Assembly: GCF_006345805.1 (NCBI RefSeq)
Contig: NC_043011.1
Coordinates: forward strand, 124,001 to 188,000
Source of the DNA: Octopus sinensis
Lineage: Eukaryota
Reading direction: 5' to 3'
DNA length: 64,000 bases
In this document: positions 12,693 to 26,587 of the stretch, in pieces
Numbering within the stretch: the first letter of the stretch is position 1
Layout of the letters: the number at the start of each line of letters is the position of its first letter
Program-made: the position numbers and the translations under genes
The notes under the pieces: model-generated
Database searches by the model: none
Told to the model about the DNA's origin: nothing
The model's input: only the letters and a program-made list of their open reading frames with translations

Positions 12693-13398
12693 ACATACAC
12701 ACACATTCACACACTTATATTAAAGACGTATCAATGTGTGTGTGTGTGTGCCGTGTGTGTGTGTGTGTGTGTGTGTATGAACGATGATACATGGCAGAAG
12801 TATACACCCTGCACTCACTAATATCCTGGATTGGTATCAAATGTCTTAAGGAATGGGGGAAAAAATCTCCATAATTGCTATTATGAAGTTGAAAAAAAAA
12901 TCTACGCCCTTTGCATGGGATGAAATTGTCAATGTCATGGGTGTATATATTCCGAAACAGTACAATGAATATAAAGGCTATAGCGTGTTTGAAAGGAAGA
13001 GAGGAGATCAGAGTAAAAAAAATGAAAATGAATCATAAATCGAAACTGCTCGAAAGGAACCTCCCTGGACATTCGATATAAGAACAACAGAAATTTACAT
13101 ATATACATCCACATATACGTTCATATATACATATATATATGCATAAATGTTGCTATATACCTGTGTACATATCAACACACGTGATGGTTGTCATGCTGTG
13201 AGATGGCATTCGGGATAGTCTGTTACCACGTGATGGAAAATGACAGGGGGGAATAGATGTATTAAATCATATCTCTTTGAGTGTATTTCTGTTTGTGTAT
13301 GTATGGATGTGTGTGTGTATGGATGTGTTTGTATATAAATATATATATAAATGTAGTTATATGTATATATATTATATATATTAAATGTGTGTGTATAT

Positions 13399-13436
<38 letters not shown>

Positions 13437-13559
13437 TATATATAATATATTATATATATATACATTTAATGTATATTATATATATATATATATATATATA
13501 TTTAATGTATATGTATATACATTTAAAGATTATATATATTTATATATATATTAATATAT

Positions 13560-13915
13560 AGGCGCAGGAATGGCGGTGTGTAAGTAGCTTGCTTACCAAC
13601 TACATGGTTCCTGGATCAGTCCCACTGCGTGGCACCGTGGGCAAGTGTCTTCTACTATAGCCTCGGGCCGACCAAAGCCTTGTGAGTGGATTTGGTAGAC
13701 GTATTTATGTATATATATATGTATATGTGTGTGTGTTTGTACCCCCAACATCGCTTGATAACCGATGCTGGTCCCCGTAACTTAGCGGTCCGGCGAAGAG
13801 ACCGATAGAATAAGTACTAGGCTTACAAAGAATTAGTCCTGGGGTCGATTTGCTCGACTAAAGGCGGTGCTCCAGCATGGCCCCAGTCAAATATCTGAAA
13901 CAAGTAAGTGCAAAA
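13560..13915 (+). mobile_element. SINE family A
   Basis: Homologous to 712-1127. Confidence 0.85.
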
Positions 13916-13949
13916 GTTATATATATATGATCGCCATGTTGATTCGTTG

Positions 13950-14145
13950 CTACTGCACGCATTTTTTTTCTCTCCTTCTTTCTGTGTTTTCTCTCTCTGT
14001 CTATCTTTCTGTTGAAGAGCGTAGGCTCGAAACGTTAAAGACTTGTTTTATTTATATTTCCTGAGCGCCATACTAATACAATTGTTCGTTTGTTTTTCCA
14101 CCTGCTTCGTCTTTTGTTTATTTTCATAAAGCTTCCCGTTATATA
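13950..14145 (+). mobile_element. Short TA-flanked PLE terminal-repeat copy with hammerhead fold (14004-14041)
   Basis: tcttt-CTGTTGA-A-GAGC(gtag)GCTC-GAA-ACGT-T-aaaga (A6U variant); an inverse copy of its 3' part lies at 51620-51715. Confidence 0.6.
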
Positions 14146-14205
14146 TATATATATATATATATATACATACACACGTACATACTACATACATACTACATAC
14201 ATACA

Positions 14206-14237
<32 letters not shown>

Positions 14238-14439
14238 CATTCATACATACATACATACATACAATACATACATACATACATATATACATATATACATACT
14301 GAGACGACGGTTTGGGTATTTCCCATGAATGTGATGGACACACCTTTGATAGATTTAGAAGGCAACTTATTTCTACCTTTAATCAATTAGGCCTTAAATT
14401 TACAGTAGCTACTTATCTGTCTCTCTCTCTCTCTCTCTC

Positions 14440-14838
14440 TTTTACTCTTTTACTTGTTTCAGTCATTTGACTGCGGCCATGCTGGAGCACCGCCTTTAAT
14501 CGAGCAACTCGACCAGGGACTTATTCTTTTGTAAGCCCAGTACTTATTCTATCGGTCTCTTTTGCCGAACCGCTAAGTAACGGGGACATAAACACACCAG
14601 CATCGGTTGTTAAGCAATGCTAGGGGGACAAACACAGACGCACAGACACACACACATATATATATACATATATACGACGGGCTTCTTTCAGTTTCCGTCT
14701 ACCAAATCCACTCACAACGCTTTGGTCGGCCCGAGACTATAGTAGAAGACACTTGTCCAAGGTGCCACGCAGTGGGACTGAACCCGGAACCATGTGGTTG
14801 GTAAACAAGCTACTTACCACACAGCCACTCCTGCGCCT
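14440..14838 (-). mobile_element. SINE family A
   Basis: Reverse complement of the family A consensus. Confidence 0.85.
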
Positions 14839-15163
14839 GTCTGTAGCTAATTATTTAGATGTTTCCCTGGATCTGGACTCCTCCTGGTATAAACCTTTCC
14901 ATAAGCCTAATGAGAAGCTTCCATGCGTACATAAACAGTCTGGTCTCCCTCCTGTAATATTTAAACATCGGAGAGCTATAACAACGTGTCTAACTTATCT
15001 TCCCCTAAAGAAATCTTTGAGAAACTGCCCCCTATTATAACAATGCTCTAGCCAATAATGGCTTCAAAGAGAAATTAATATATAATCCCTCTAATAATAA
15101 TCAGGATAATAATTATAAATCTAGTGGCATCAAAGATAAACTAATGCATAATCCCTCTAGTAT

Positions 15164-15195
<32 letters not shown>

Positions 15196-15196
<1 letters not shown>

Positions 15197-15445
15197 ACAA
15201 TTCCTATCATAGTCGGTGCATTAGGCATGATAAAAAATATTCAGACAAATACATAACACAAACACAGGACTTAACAAACACATATAACATACAGAAAATT
15301 GCACTACTAGGCACTGCACACATCCTACGCAGAACACTTTCCATACAATAACCATCAGAGCATCACAACAAATCACAGCACATAACCAAGGCATACAGCG
15401 CTGCGCTCGGTAGTGAAGTGAAAGCACGCTATAAAAATAAAACTA

Positions 15446-15449
<4 letters not shown>
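15196..15449 (+). mobile_element. R4/Dong 3'-end fragment inside (AAT)n
   Basis: IPIIVGALGMI...IQKIALLGTAHILRRTLSIQ* plus short UTR, AAT on both sides. Confidence 0.75.
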
Positions 15450-15532
<83 letters not shown>

Positions 15533-15533
<1 letters not shown>

Positions 15534-15768
15534 GGAGGTTAAGCAGTTGTGGTCGATGAAAATGTTGGTAGTAGTACCAATAATTGTCGGAGCCCTGGAA
15601 ACAGTGAGTAAAAATCTCGAGAAGTACGTGTAACAAATAGGGGCTACAATAAGAGTGGAGCACTTGCAGAAAATAGCACTTCTTGGAACCTCTCGAATAC
15701 TCCGGATGGTGCTCGAAAAATAAGAGGTGTTACCTTAGTTTACTGGTAGTGAAAAGCTGTGCAAAGGC
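15533..15768 (+). mobile_element. Second, different R4/Dong 3'-end fragment inside (AAT)n
   Basis: VKQLWSMK..VVVPIIVGALETV...LQKIALLGTSRILRMVLEK*, AAT on both sides. Confidence 0.75.
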
Positions 15769-17327
15769 AATAATAATAATATTATAATAATAATAATAAT
15801 ATAATGTCCTCTTCTTTTTCCCTTAATATAAAAACTCTTCATAGGTAAAAGATGCCAGTGTCTCCAAGACTAATACTTTCTAGCAACTCATCGATACAAG
15901 AAAATATTTAATAGGAGTTCTGTGAAATTAACATATAACTGCTTCCCCAATATGAAGAGTATCATTACACATGGTCAATACTAAGAGGCTAAATCCAGTT
16001 GCAACTGTCACGACCCAGGTTCCTGTCTACTTGACCATCATGTAGAATTATGTGAAGGAGAATCTAAAAATAGCTATGACAATCACATAGCCTCCTTCTG
16101 ACATAAGGACGAAAGTAAAGCTACAAAGTTGGCTAGCTACATATGGAGTTTGAAAGATAAGGATACACCGCATGTGATTAAACAGAAAGTAATTGAGAAA
16201 TCCATACCATATGTTAATGGATCGAATAAATGTGGACTTTGTTTGACTGAAAGAGTGTAGATCCTGTTCAGATCTTAGATCCTAACTCTGCTGAACTCTA
16301 GATCTGAAAGTTTCAGTGGTTGCATGCATAAATATAAATATTTTTTGGAGAATTGGAAAATTCCGCCTATTCCTGATTAACCTTGTTGATATCCTTCTAG
16401 ACTTATGTGCCTATGTGCTGTGGATACAGAATTGTACTCAGGAATGAGAGATCTCTCGTCACAATCACACAAAACGGATTGCGACATCTTTTGAAGCAAA
16501 GCTTCCCTGATGCTTATGCTATCTTCACGAGAAAAAAGCTCATTAACAATTTTAGATGGATTAAATCGAATTATTTAATCACTGCTGGTGCACAGATAAG
16601 GATTATCTAACAAGATCAAGGGGCATAACTGTGTACACACTGTAGCAGTCGATCTTCCCATTGAGGAGGAGGCATTACTCACATCGGTCGTGCTCCAATC
16701 GCTGTTTCTAGCTTTCATATGGAGCTCCGGAGCAAGTGTATCATCATTTCACAGAGACGGTGTGTGAGTCGAACTGAAAATTCACAGACCCAGAACCGAA
16801 TCCGCAAACATTCCGCTCAATGCTCTTCCGGTTTCACAAATATACTCTTCTCGATTGGAGCTTCTTTTCATCGCCACCACGCAAAAGTTGAAAGGGAAAT
16901 CGACCACGGTTGGATATGAACGAGAGGCGTAAATAACCAGAAAGATTACCGCAAGTCAAACTGACCAGCGCTCTGACCACCTTGTCGTTTAGCTGCCTTT
17001 ATATTTGATGCGTACATATCTATACATATACTTTATATACACATATATATGTGTGTGCGTGTATGTGTCTGTGCAAGTGTGTGTGTATGTACACATATAT
17101 CTATATATGCAAGCATGTACACATGTTAGGAAGAATATAAGAATAACGTTTATATAAAATTATATACATACATATATATACGTTTATGTATGTATATATG
17201 CATATATACATATGTATGTATGTGTGTATATATGTATATAATATATATATATATTATATATATGTATATATATATATATACATACACACATATACATACC
17301 ATAATATATATATGTATATGGTATATG

Positions 17328-17360
<33 letters not shown>

Positions 17361-17400
17361 CATACACACAATATACATACAGTATATATATATATATATA

Positions 17401-17433
<33 letters not shown>

Positions 17434-18058
17434 ATATGTATATGTATGATATATATATATACATACACCATATACATACAGTATATATATATGTATATAT
17501 ATATATATACATATATATATATACATACATATATATATAACCTCATGCACGTGCGAGTAGACGGACGTATTTACACAACTGCTGACAATCCGTCAGACAC
17601 GCCCATTTGTTTGTTGGTTTATGTTTTAATAGACAACCATCAACACATCAGTTCTTACAACACAAATATGCAGATACGCATTTATACACACACACACACA
17701 CCCGTATGGATGTATCAGAATATTACTATTTAAAAAGAATTTTATCTTCATCACTGTCAATGTGCGAGCGTGTGTGTATATATATAATATATATATTATA
17801 TAGTATATATATATATATACACATACACAACACACATACAGAGAGAGGCAGTGAGAGAGAGAAACACGCATAGTCCAATAGATAAGCTAGCATTAAAACA
17901 ATAACGTAAGCTTACTGTTGTATATCAATATACACATTAAAATGTGTGTATATATATATATATATTATATATATATGAGAGAGAGAGGAAAAGGAACCGG
18001 TCAATATATATATATATATGCTCATTATATATATTTACATTATATATATACACACAGA

Positions 18059-18129
<71 letters not shown>

Positions 18130-18555
18130 GTATGTATATATATATACATATATAGGATGTATATAATACAAAAATTATATTTCTCCATCAAATGAATGTA
18201 TGTACATATTTTCGCGCACGCGCGCACTTTTGTGAGTGTATGTGTGTGTATATGTATGTATATATAATTAAACACACACATACACTCCCACGTCTAATCA
18301 GGGTGATTTAACGGCAATGAAATAAACCTGCACCAGTCATCAACGCCCCGACCACCCTCTACTCCCGTCGTCACCCCTCAACCTGCACTATCGGACCACC
18401 CAAACCCCAAACCCAAACCCTGCCTCTGCATCGTTTAACAATCAGAATCGACTTTGGTTTAAAACCCACTCGTTATATAAAGGAAAATATAATAAAAACA
18501 AACTCCAAAATAATAACAAGCAAAATAATAATAATTACTATAGTTGTTGTTATTA

Positions 18556-18623
<68 letters not shown>

Positions 18624-18991
18624 GTTATTGTTATTATTATTGCGATGATGGTGATAATCAAAATCGCTTCACTACATAACCCTGATTAATATACGGCATT
18701 GATAAGTTACGATTAGACACCGCTGCAAGCCGCAATGAAGCTTTTTCCCGCCACCGTCGCCATGACAGTTTTGTCTTGTAAGTCGTATATCATTTTTCTT
18801 CGCCAGACGTGTCGATGATAGCAGCAAATTGCCAACTTCCTATCTGTTTGCATTATTTCCAAGCTGTTATCTGCTTCTTTCCGGCCTCGTAGCCAACTTC
18901 GCATTTGTCATCGCTGACAAAGCTTGCAACGATATTTTGGCGTTGGTGTGTGTGGTCGAAGGGTATTTTCTGGGGTTGTTGTTGTTGTCGA

Positions 18992-19022
<31 letters not shown>

Positions 19023-19089
19023 GCCGTTGTCTTTCTGTATGTATCCTTTACCTTCGTTATTGTCTCGGATTGCTTCAAACTACGCATTC

Positions 19090-19310
19090 ATTCATTCAGA
19101 CATACATACACACATATAATACATACATACATACATACATGCATACATACATACATACATGCATGCATACATACATACATACATACATACATGCATGCAT
19201 ACATACAATACATACAATACATACAATACATATATACATACATACATACATACATACAATACATACATACATACATACATACAATACATACATACATACA
19301 TACATACTTA
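19090..19310. repeat. (CATA)n microsatellite
   Basis: Direct reading. Confidence 0.9.
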
Positions 19311-19729
19311 CGTATGTGTGTGCTTGTATGCGTAAAAATGTTCTTTTATGCATATAAACACACGTATATATACAGGTATATGAAAATACACACACGAGTG
19401 TGTGTGTGTGTATACACGCACATACATGCATACACAAACACACACACACACACATATATACATGCACGCATTCATATAGGCATATGTAATTAAGTTTGCA
19501 TACATACATAAATACAATTATACACACAGACGCATGCGCGTGTATGTGTGTGTATGTGCATGTGTGTGTGTATGTGCATGTGTGTGTGTGTGTGTGTGTG
19601 TATAAATGTGAATTTTTGTGTGTATGTGTTCTTGTATGTATGACTGTATGTATGTATGTGTTTGTGTGTGGTGTATCCGTGTCTGTACATGCATATTTAA
19701 GATCTGACAAATATCAACAAACACCACTT

Positions 19730-20520
19730 CGCTGTCTTGTAGCTGCTGCTGCTGCGGCTGCTGCTGCTGATGACTATAGTGATGGTGGTAGTGGTGGTTC
19801 TAGTACTCTTAGTGGTAGTTGGGACGTAGTAATAATTGGTCTCATAAAAGTGGCATAGGCTGTGGTTGGGGAGATAATGATGTTGGTATTGGTGTCAGCA
19901 GTGTCGGTTGTGGTAGTCGTGGTAGACGGGGCACACGTGACATTGATGGTGGTGTTGGCGATGGTATTGCTTATAGCGACGGTGGTGATGATTGTGGTAA
20001 TGATGCTGGTGACGATGATGGTAGTTGCTGTTTTTGTTGTTGTGATGGTGGTGGTGGTACCGAAGGCGATGGTGGTAGTTGGTGGTGGTGGTAGTTGTTG
20101 TGGTGGTGGTAGTAGTAGTGGTGGTGATGGTTGTGGTGGTGGTCATCGTGGTAATACAGCTGATCATGAGTTACAGATCAGATGATGTTGCTGTTATTGT
20201 TGTGGTTGGTGAGGATGTTGTTGTTGATGGTGATGATGATGGTAGTTCACAGTATTAGTGGTAGGAGCAATGGTGTTGGTGTCTGTAGAAATGCTGAAGG
20301 ACGTGTTGGTGGTGGTGGTGGTGGTGACTGAGCAGTGGCTGATGTTGTTGGTAGTAATGATACCTGACGGTGTTGGTGGTGTGGGTGGTAGTGCTGTTGT
20401 TAGCTATAGTTGATGATGTTGATGATGTTGATAGTGGTAGCGCTTTTGCTTATGCAGGCTATAGCAGGGAGTGGTAGTGGTAGTAGTAGTAGTAGTAGTA
20501 GTGGCAGTAGTAGTAGTGGC

Positions 20521-20581
<61 letters not shown>

Positions 20582-20765
20582 ATTATTGTAGTTGTAGTAG
20601 TTGTAGTAGTGGTTTGCTGGCAGCGGTAGTAGATGGTACCCGTGCAGGATGTAGCCGATAAGGTGGTGGTGGTAGTTGTTGATGTAAGTTGAATGTGGTG
20701 AAGAAGGTGGCGGTAGTAGTGGTTAATGGAGCTCGTGACATTGCTCTTGTTGTTGTTATTGTCAT
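19730..20765. repeat. Compound GGT/GTT/GAT/GTA trinucleotide low-complexity block
   Basis: Direct reading; the ORFs here are homopolymeric. Confidence 0.85.
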
Positions 20766-20989
20766 TGTTCAATTCTAAGTCAGCCCTGACTAAGCAGCCC
20801 TATGATCAAAAGTGTTCCAGGCATGACCATTCCATCTGTTGTTAGATGTATAAGAAGACCTGTGTGATTTTCTTTGCACTAAACTTATAGCTTCACACAT
20901 CATGTGGCTAAACACCCAACATCATGTAACATGTGGAATTTTACAGCACGTGATATGATAAAGTATCGGGCATTATGTGATATCATACT

Positions 20990-21470
20990 GAGGCGGTGAG
21001 CGTACAGAATCATTGGTGCGTCGGACAAAATGCTAAGAGGTTTTCTTTCTTTACGTTCCGAGTTCAAATACCACCGAAGTGAACTTTACTCTTCATCTAT
21101 TCCTGATCGATAAAATAAATTACCAGTCAAACAATGAGATCGATATAATCGATAAGCCTCTCCCCGAAAAATTGCTGGTTCTGCACCAAAATCTGAAAGA
21201 AATGCGTAACATCCTATTGCATGAGACATTATATAGAGATTATATCTTAAGAGACAGTGTGTGTGTGTGTGTTTAAACCGAGCAGGCTTAAACACGCCGG
21301 ACAAAATGCTTAGCGGCATTTCGTCCGTCTTTATGCCCTGAATTCCAGTTCCACTGAGGTCAGCTTTTCATCCTTTCAGGGTCAGTAGAATGACCGCCGG
21401 TTGTGTCCCGGGGGCCAATGTAATCAATGTAGCCTCTCGCCTGAAGTTGCTGACCTTGTGCCAAAATTTG
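20990..21470 (+). mobile_element. Two degraded SINE family B copies
   Basis: aggcggtgagcgtacagaatc...gagttcaaat; aatgcttagcggcatttcgtcc...ggggccaatgtaatc. Confidence 0.65.
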
Positions 21471-21855
21471 AAACCAGTATGTATATCTGCATGCAGGGAC
21501 GAAAGGGCAAGAAATTCACTCCCCGGCTATCATGCGGTCTTTTGCTCGATCTCACCGTGAGACATGTTGGACAAGTGATATTCTCTATAACCTCGCTGCT
21601 ACCCATATTTTGTGTAAGAAATTGGGTACGTAAAAGCTGTACAGGACCCTGTCAGGTGGATTGTACCTGGAATTTAAAAAGTACAGCTTCGTCACACATA
21701 TTCTGTCAGTATTTTGCTAATGGAACCTATATCTGCGGAGTTTTCAGCCACTTGGACGCAGATTCAAGGATTCAACGAGTAAGTAGTTCAGTTAAACGAA
21801 CAATTGAACCTTCATCCTCGAAACTGATGGAGATCCCTTACTTATTATGGCATGT

Positions 21856-21911
<56 letters not shown>

Positions 21912-22630
21912 CAGAAACGGAACAAAGCTTGACATTATGCCCACTATGTGATATTAAGCACAAAACAGTGTATAGTATATAAACTAATCCACGCCACGCC
22001 GGAAACCAAGCTGTCGGCTGACCTGTCCTGGTCAACATGGTACGGTCGATATTGTTGTAGAGCGCATCTTTTATTCGCACGATTTTACAATCTAAACAAT
22101 TGGCTGTCATTATCCTCTAAAATGTCTTTCTCCAGATCGAGAACAACTTTGTCGACGACGACGAAGTTGAAGTTGAAAGGTGGACATTTGAGGTTCTGCT
22201 GTATTTTTGATTAATTGTCTCACTCTAATTAAATCCACAATTTTTAGACGAGTCTTAACGCACAAATAAATGAATATATTTAATTAATTCGTTAAAATGT
22301 TCCGAAGTGAATAACTGAACAATTATTGAAACAGTTGAAAGAAGAAGAATATTTTAGTTTTTTTATGTCAATGAATAAATGCCATAATTACGATTCAGTC
22401 AGAGATATTTTTTAAAATTTATTAATTAATAAAGTATAAAATTTAGATAATTAAATATTTTATGTAATTATCATGCGTCTACGTTTTCCCTTCAATTTCA
22501 CCTTAAATTGCGCCTTTTTTTATAACGGTAACACATTCATATAATATGTGTGTGTGTGGGTGGTGTGCGCGCGATGTATATGTCTGTATGTATGTGTGTG
22601 TGTGTATATATGCATGTATATATGTATGTA

Positions 22631-22730
<100 letters not shown>

Positions 22731-22743
22731 TGTAAGAATAATA

Positions 22744-22848
22744 ATCCATGGATGGAATTTATGAATAGTTTAATGCATCGCTACGCGCGTTTCCACAGTT
22801 CATATACTTCTTACGATCTTAGTCCGTATTGATATAAATACCATGGAT
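22744..22848. mobile_element. Small MITE-like element
   Basis: TIR atccatgg/ccatggat flanked by TA on both sides. Confidence 0.4.
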
Positions 22849-23334
22849 TATTATTATTAGAAGTAGTAATCTTACTATAGTCATCCTACATAATATCGGC
22901 ATAGCTCGGTGCAAGCCCATAAAACTGCTTTTGCAAGTTGGTACCATTAGGCTGTAGCCAGCATGATAAAATAGGAGCTTTTATATACGTACTCAAAAAT
23001 GTTACTCGTAAACGAGCTTAAAGGATACATATACATGTACACATTTACATATACGTGTATACACGTGTATATATTCACATATATCAATGGTAGGGTATTT
23101 CCACTGAGTGGGACGTCTTTTTATCAGCTGCAACCGTAACATTCCCTCAAATGTGTAAGCTGCTGTAATAGAAAATAAATAGTTCGACCCGGGAACACAG
23201 GAGTCATTCTGGAGAGTTCGAACTCATCACATCGAAATATCTAGTCCAATATTTTATCTACTTGACTTCTACGCATGCATGAACACAACATACACACTTA
23301 TACACGAATACCCATATAGATAGATAGACATACA

Positions 23335-23382
<48 letters not shown>

Positions 23383-23390
23383 TATATATA

Positions 23391-23433
<43 letters not shown>

Positions 23434-24046
23434 ATACGCATAAACGTCCACGTTTATATAACCACAGACATTTTAATATATACGTATACACCTATACACC
23501 TACACACACATATCTTTAAGCGCTACTTTGTTTTTGTATTATATTTGCAATAAGTTTCATGAAGCATGTTTGCTGTTGGCGGTATATTTGACAGATCTTC
23601 TGTAGCTTCAAACTTGACATCTGATTACTGAAACCAGCATGGCGCACGCCTGATTCGAACCTAGCCTGTTATGCTTGCTTCCCGCTGACAACGGAAGCTA
23701 TTGCTGGTTTACTTTTTCAGATATCCGTGAGATGAGAAAATGTCAAATTAGTGTTTCACCGTATCCACTTCAATTCTGTTGAATTATCGTCGCCCACGTC
23801 ACGCTTTGTTAGAGACATTATAGATGGCGTTAGCAGAGAGGTTGACAAAATAACTTGTGATATTTAGTTACGTAACTTTTGTATTCCTAGTTCGAGATCT
23901 GCTTAAGTCAACTTTGCTTTTCATTTTCTTGTAATTAACAAGAGAAAATATCAATGAAGTTCGATATGAAACCTTACATTAAAATTTAGGGCCCTCTGCC
24001 ACAGTTATAAGACATCAATGTTGTTACTGTTACAATATTTACATAA

Positions 24047-24436
24047 TCTCTCTCTATATAAAGCTGAAGTTGTCTGTGTATGGCAGGTTTGGTAGCCTTC
24101 AACTAACACTATCTCCTCCGAGACCCTGCGGCGCAAGTTGACCAAAATTGAGAGTATGATAGAAGGCTTGCTCTTCCTTCCATAGGAGAAAAAATTCAAA
24201 TCGGACCATGTTAAGACCAAAAATTATTTACATCAACAAGGTGCTTTTTTTTCTATGAAAATGCTTATCTTTTACGATATTTTGACTTCTGTGTAGCCAT
24301 TTTTCGGTGTATTTCAACCAGAAAAATGTTCAATTAAAGAGAATAATAAGCTACGTAATGCAAAATTTTTACTTTTCAAAGATTCCGATTCTAAAGGGTC
24401 GAAACGAACCCGAGCAACACCGGGCGATACTGCTAG
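24047..24436 (+). mobile_element. Non-autonomous Helitron (390 bp)
   Basis: A|TC 5' end (tctctctctatataaagc), 3' hairpin cccgagcaacaccggg then atactgCTAG|T; inserted between A and T with no TSD. Confidence 0.85.
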
Positions 24437-24559
24437 TTTCACATAAAGTGGTCTTTATTTTTTGTCTTCAAATCCCGTTCAGGTTGACATTATACTTTTT
24501 ATCCTTCCAGGGTCGATAAAGTATTAGTCAAGTACTGGGGTTAATATAGTAGACTGTCC

Positions 24560-24860
24560 TTTCCTTGTTCTGTGTGTGATATATTTTCTCTTTCCTCGGA
24601 TGTATTTGGAATTTTTGGTGTAGTTTCTCTTCTATCTTGACAAAATAACTAAAACCTTTGAAGCGACCAAAAGAGAAAAGGAAGAAATCAAGTGAAGGGA
24701 GAGAAAGGCTCGACAAAATCAACGTCCACCAACATTGCCATGCAGTCAATGCTATCGACTCTTCTTTGCAAGAACTGGTCTACAGTCATCAGCAGTATCA
24801 CCGTAAAGGAAGCGTTCAGCAAAGAAGAAACTTCTTGGAATTGAGATAAAGCCGACGAAG
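24560..24860 (+). mobile_element. RTE-clade LINE 3' fragment
   Basis: TFEATKREKEEIK*RERKARQ..PTLPCSQCYRLFFARTGLQS resembles the RTE C-terminal C-x2-C...RIGLxSH finger. Confidence 0.65.
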
Positions 24861-24933
24861 ACGAGACAAAGTAAAGAAAAAACGTGATATTTCTAAATCT
24901 TATTCTTTTATCAAAACACTTTCTACAATAACA

Positions 24934-26399
24934 CAAGGCTAGAAATTTTGGGGGAGGCGGGGCTAATCGATAACATCGAACCCCAGTATTTGACTGGTAC
25001 TTATTTTGTTGATTCCGAAAGGATGAAAGGCAAAGTCAACCTCAGGAGAACTCAGAACGTAAAGCCAGAAAACTGCCATTAGATATTTTGTCCAACGTGC
25101 TAACGAGTCTATCAAGCTCGCTGCCGTAATGAGGATAATGAAAATAACAATAGTCACCACCAGAACAACAACGACAACAGTAATTCATTCTAATTTTTGG
25201 CACAAGGCCAGCAATTTTTAGGGGATGGAGAAATCGAGTACATCAACCCAAGTACTCAACTCGTACTTATTTCATCAACTTCGAAATATTGAAAGGCAAA
25301 GCCGACCTCGGCAAGAATTTGAACTTGAAGCCATGAAAAATGCAGCGAAACATTTTGTCTAACGTACTTAGCGATTCTGTCAGCTCGTAGCCTTAATGAT
25401 GATGATGATGATGATGATGATTCTCACCAAGGATTCAAGTCGTTGTTAATAACACAAGAGGAAAATGCAAAAGCAATCAGTAAAGGATTTACATCCATTA
25501 AAACGATGGACGAAACGAAAAATGAAATAATAAAGAATAATGATTAAGAAATGTCAATAAATTACAATAGCAATAAAAAAACACAAGAAAATAACAACGA
25601 AAGCAAATTCCCAAAGGGATGGGGGCCAACAACACAAGGGGGTTCTTAGGGACCCCATACAACACTAAATTCTTTAAAAGATGTTTTCCGAGTTCATTGC
25701 AATTTCACTTGAAATCGGAGCCATTTTGAAAGTGCATCTGATCAATAGAGTCACCAAAATTGGTGTGGAATATTTTTGTTTAACAATTGTTCCGTTTTAT
25801 TTATGAGATTTCCTTCAAGATTGCATGGCAAATAGAAACTGAGTTGCTGGATAAACTAATAAAAATGGCCTTTTTGAGTGTATGTATATATACACACGCA
25901 TGTAGTTACGTTATTTATGTAAGTTGTATGTATTGGGAACATTACAAATTGAAATAAACCTAACAACGTTATTACTCCAGGTTTATTTAAAGTGTTTTCA
26001 TACGCTAGTGACCTCTCTCACTCCGCCATATTAATTACCTCAACCTCTGTCTAGCATTTATCAAATTATAGCTGCTATTCTTCTTCTTCATTTTGTTGTA
26101 GTAACAGTTTTTGTAGGAGTTGTGGAAGAGAATGTTGTCGTTTTTTTCCCCCCGAAAATATCATTTCGAAACTGTGAACATAGGCCTGTCAATCTGTTAT
26201 GTCAATTCGCAGAAGGTTGACAATGGCTTAAATGATGCAGCAGTAAGTCCTCTCACCTCAATAAAATCTGAACTTTACTGTAATTGTGACCACCTGTAGG
26301 CACAATTCATTCCTGCCTTCTATACATTTCAGTTTAACCTACGACTGCAGTTTTAATACTGCCTTCCCCTCAAACTACCTGCACGTTCAAAGTTTCCCT

Positions 26400-26443
<44 letters not shown>

Positions 26444-26526
26444 ACACACCGTCGAACTTTAATCAATTCTTCTATGAGGTTTTCCCCCACGTCTCCTTTC
26501 CAATAACGTCTCTTTTTGGTAAAAGC

Positions 26527-26587
<61 letters not shown>

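Larger units (their letters stand above)
14840..16380 (+). mobile_element. Degraded Penelope-like element (RT thumb to GIY-YIG region) with Dong fragments nested in its AAT tract
   Basis: VANYLDVSLDLDSSWYKPFHKPN; ALANNGFKEKLIY; HRYKKIFNRSSVKLTYNC; CNCH; KATKLASYIWSLK; KCGLCLTE: motifs typical of GIY-YIG PLE ORFs. Confidence 0.75.

Noticed and set aside
19730-20772. Poly-Thr/Ser/Val ORFs as mucin-like genes
   Set aside because: Pure trinucleotide repeats without splice or coding context.
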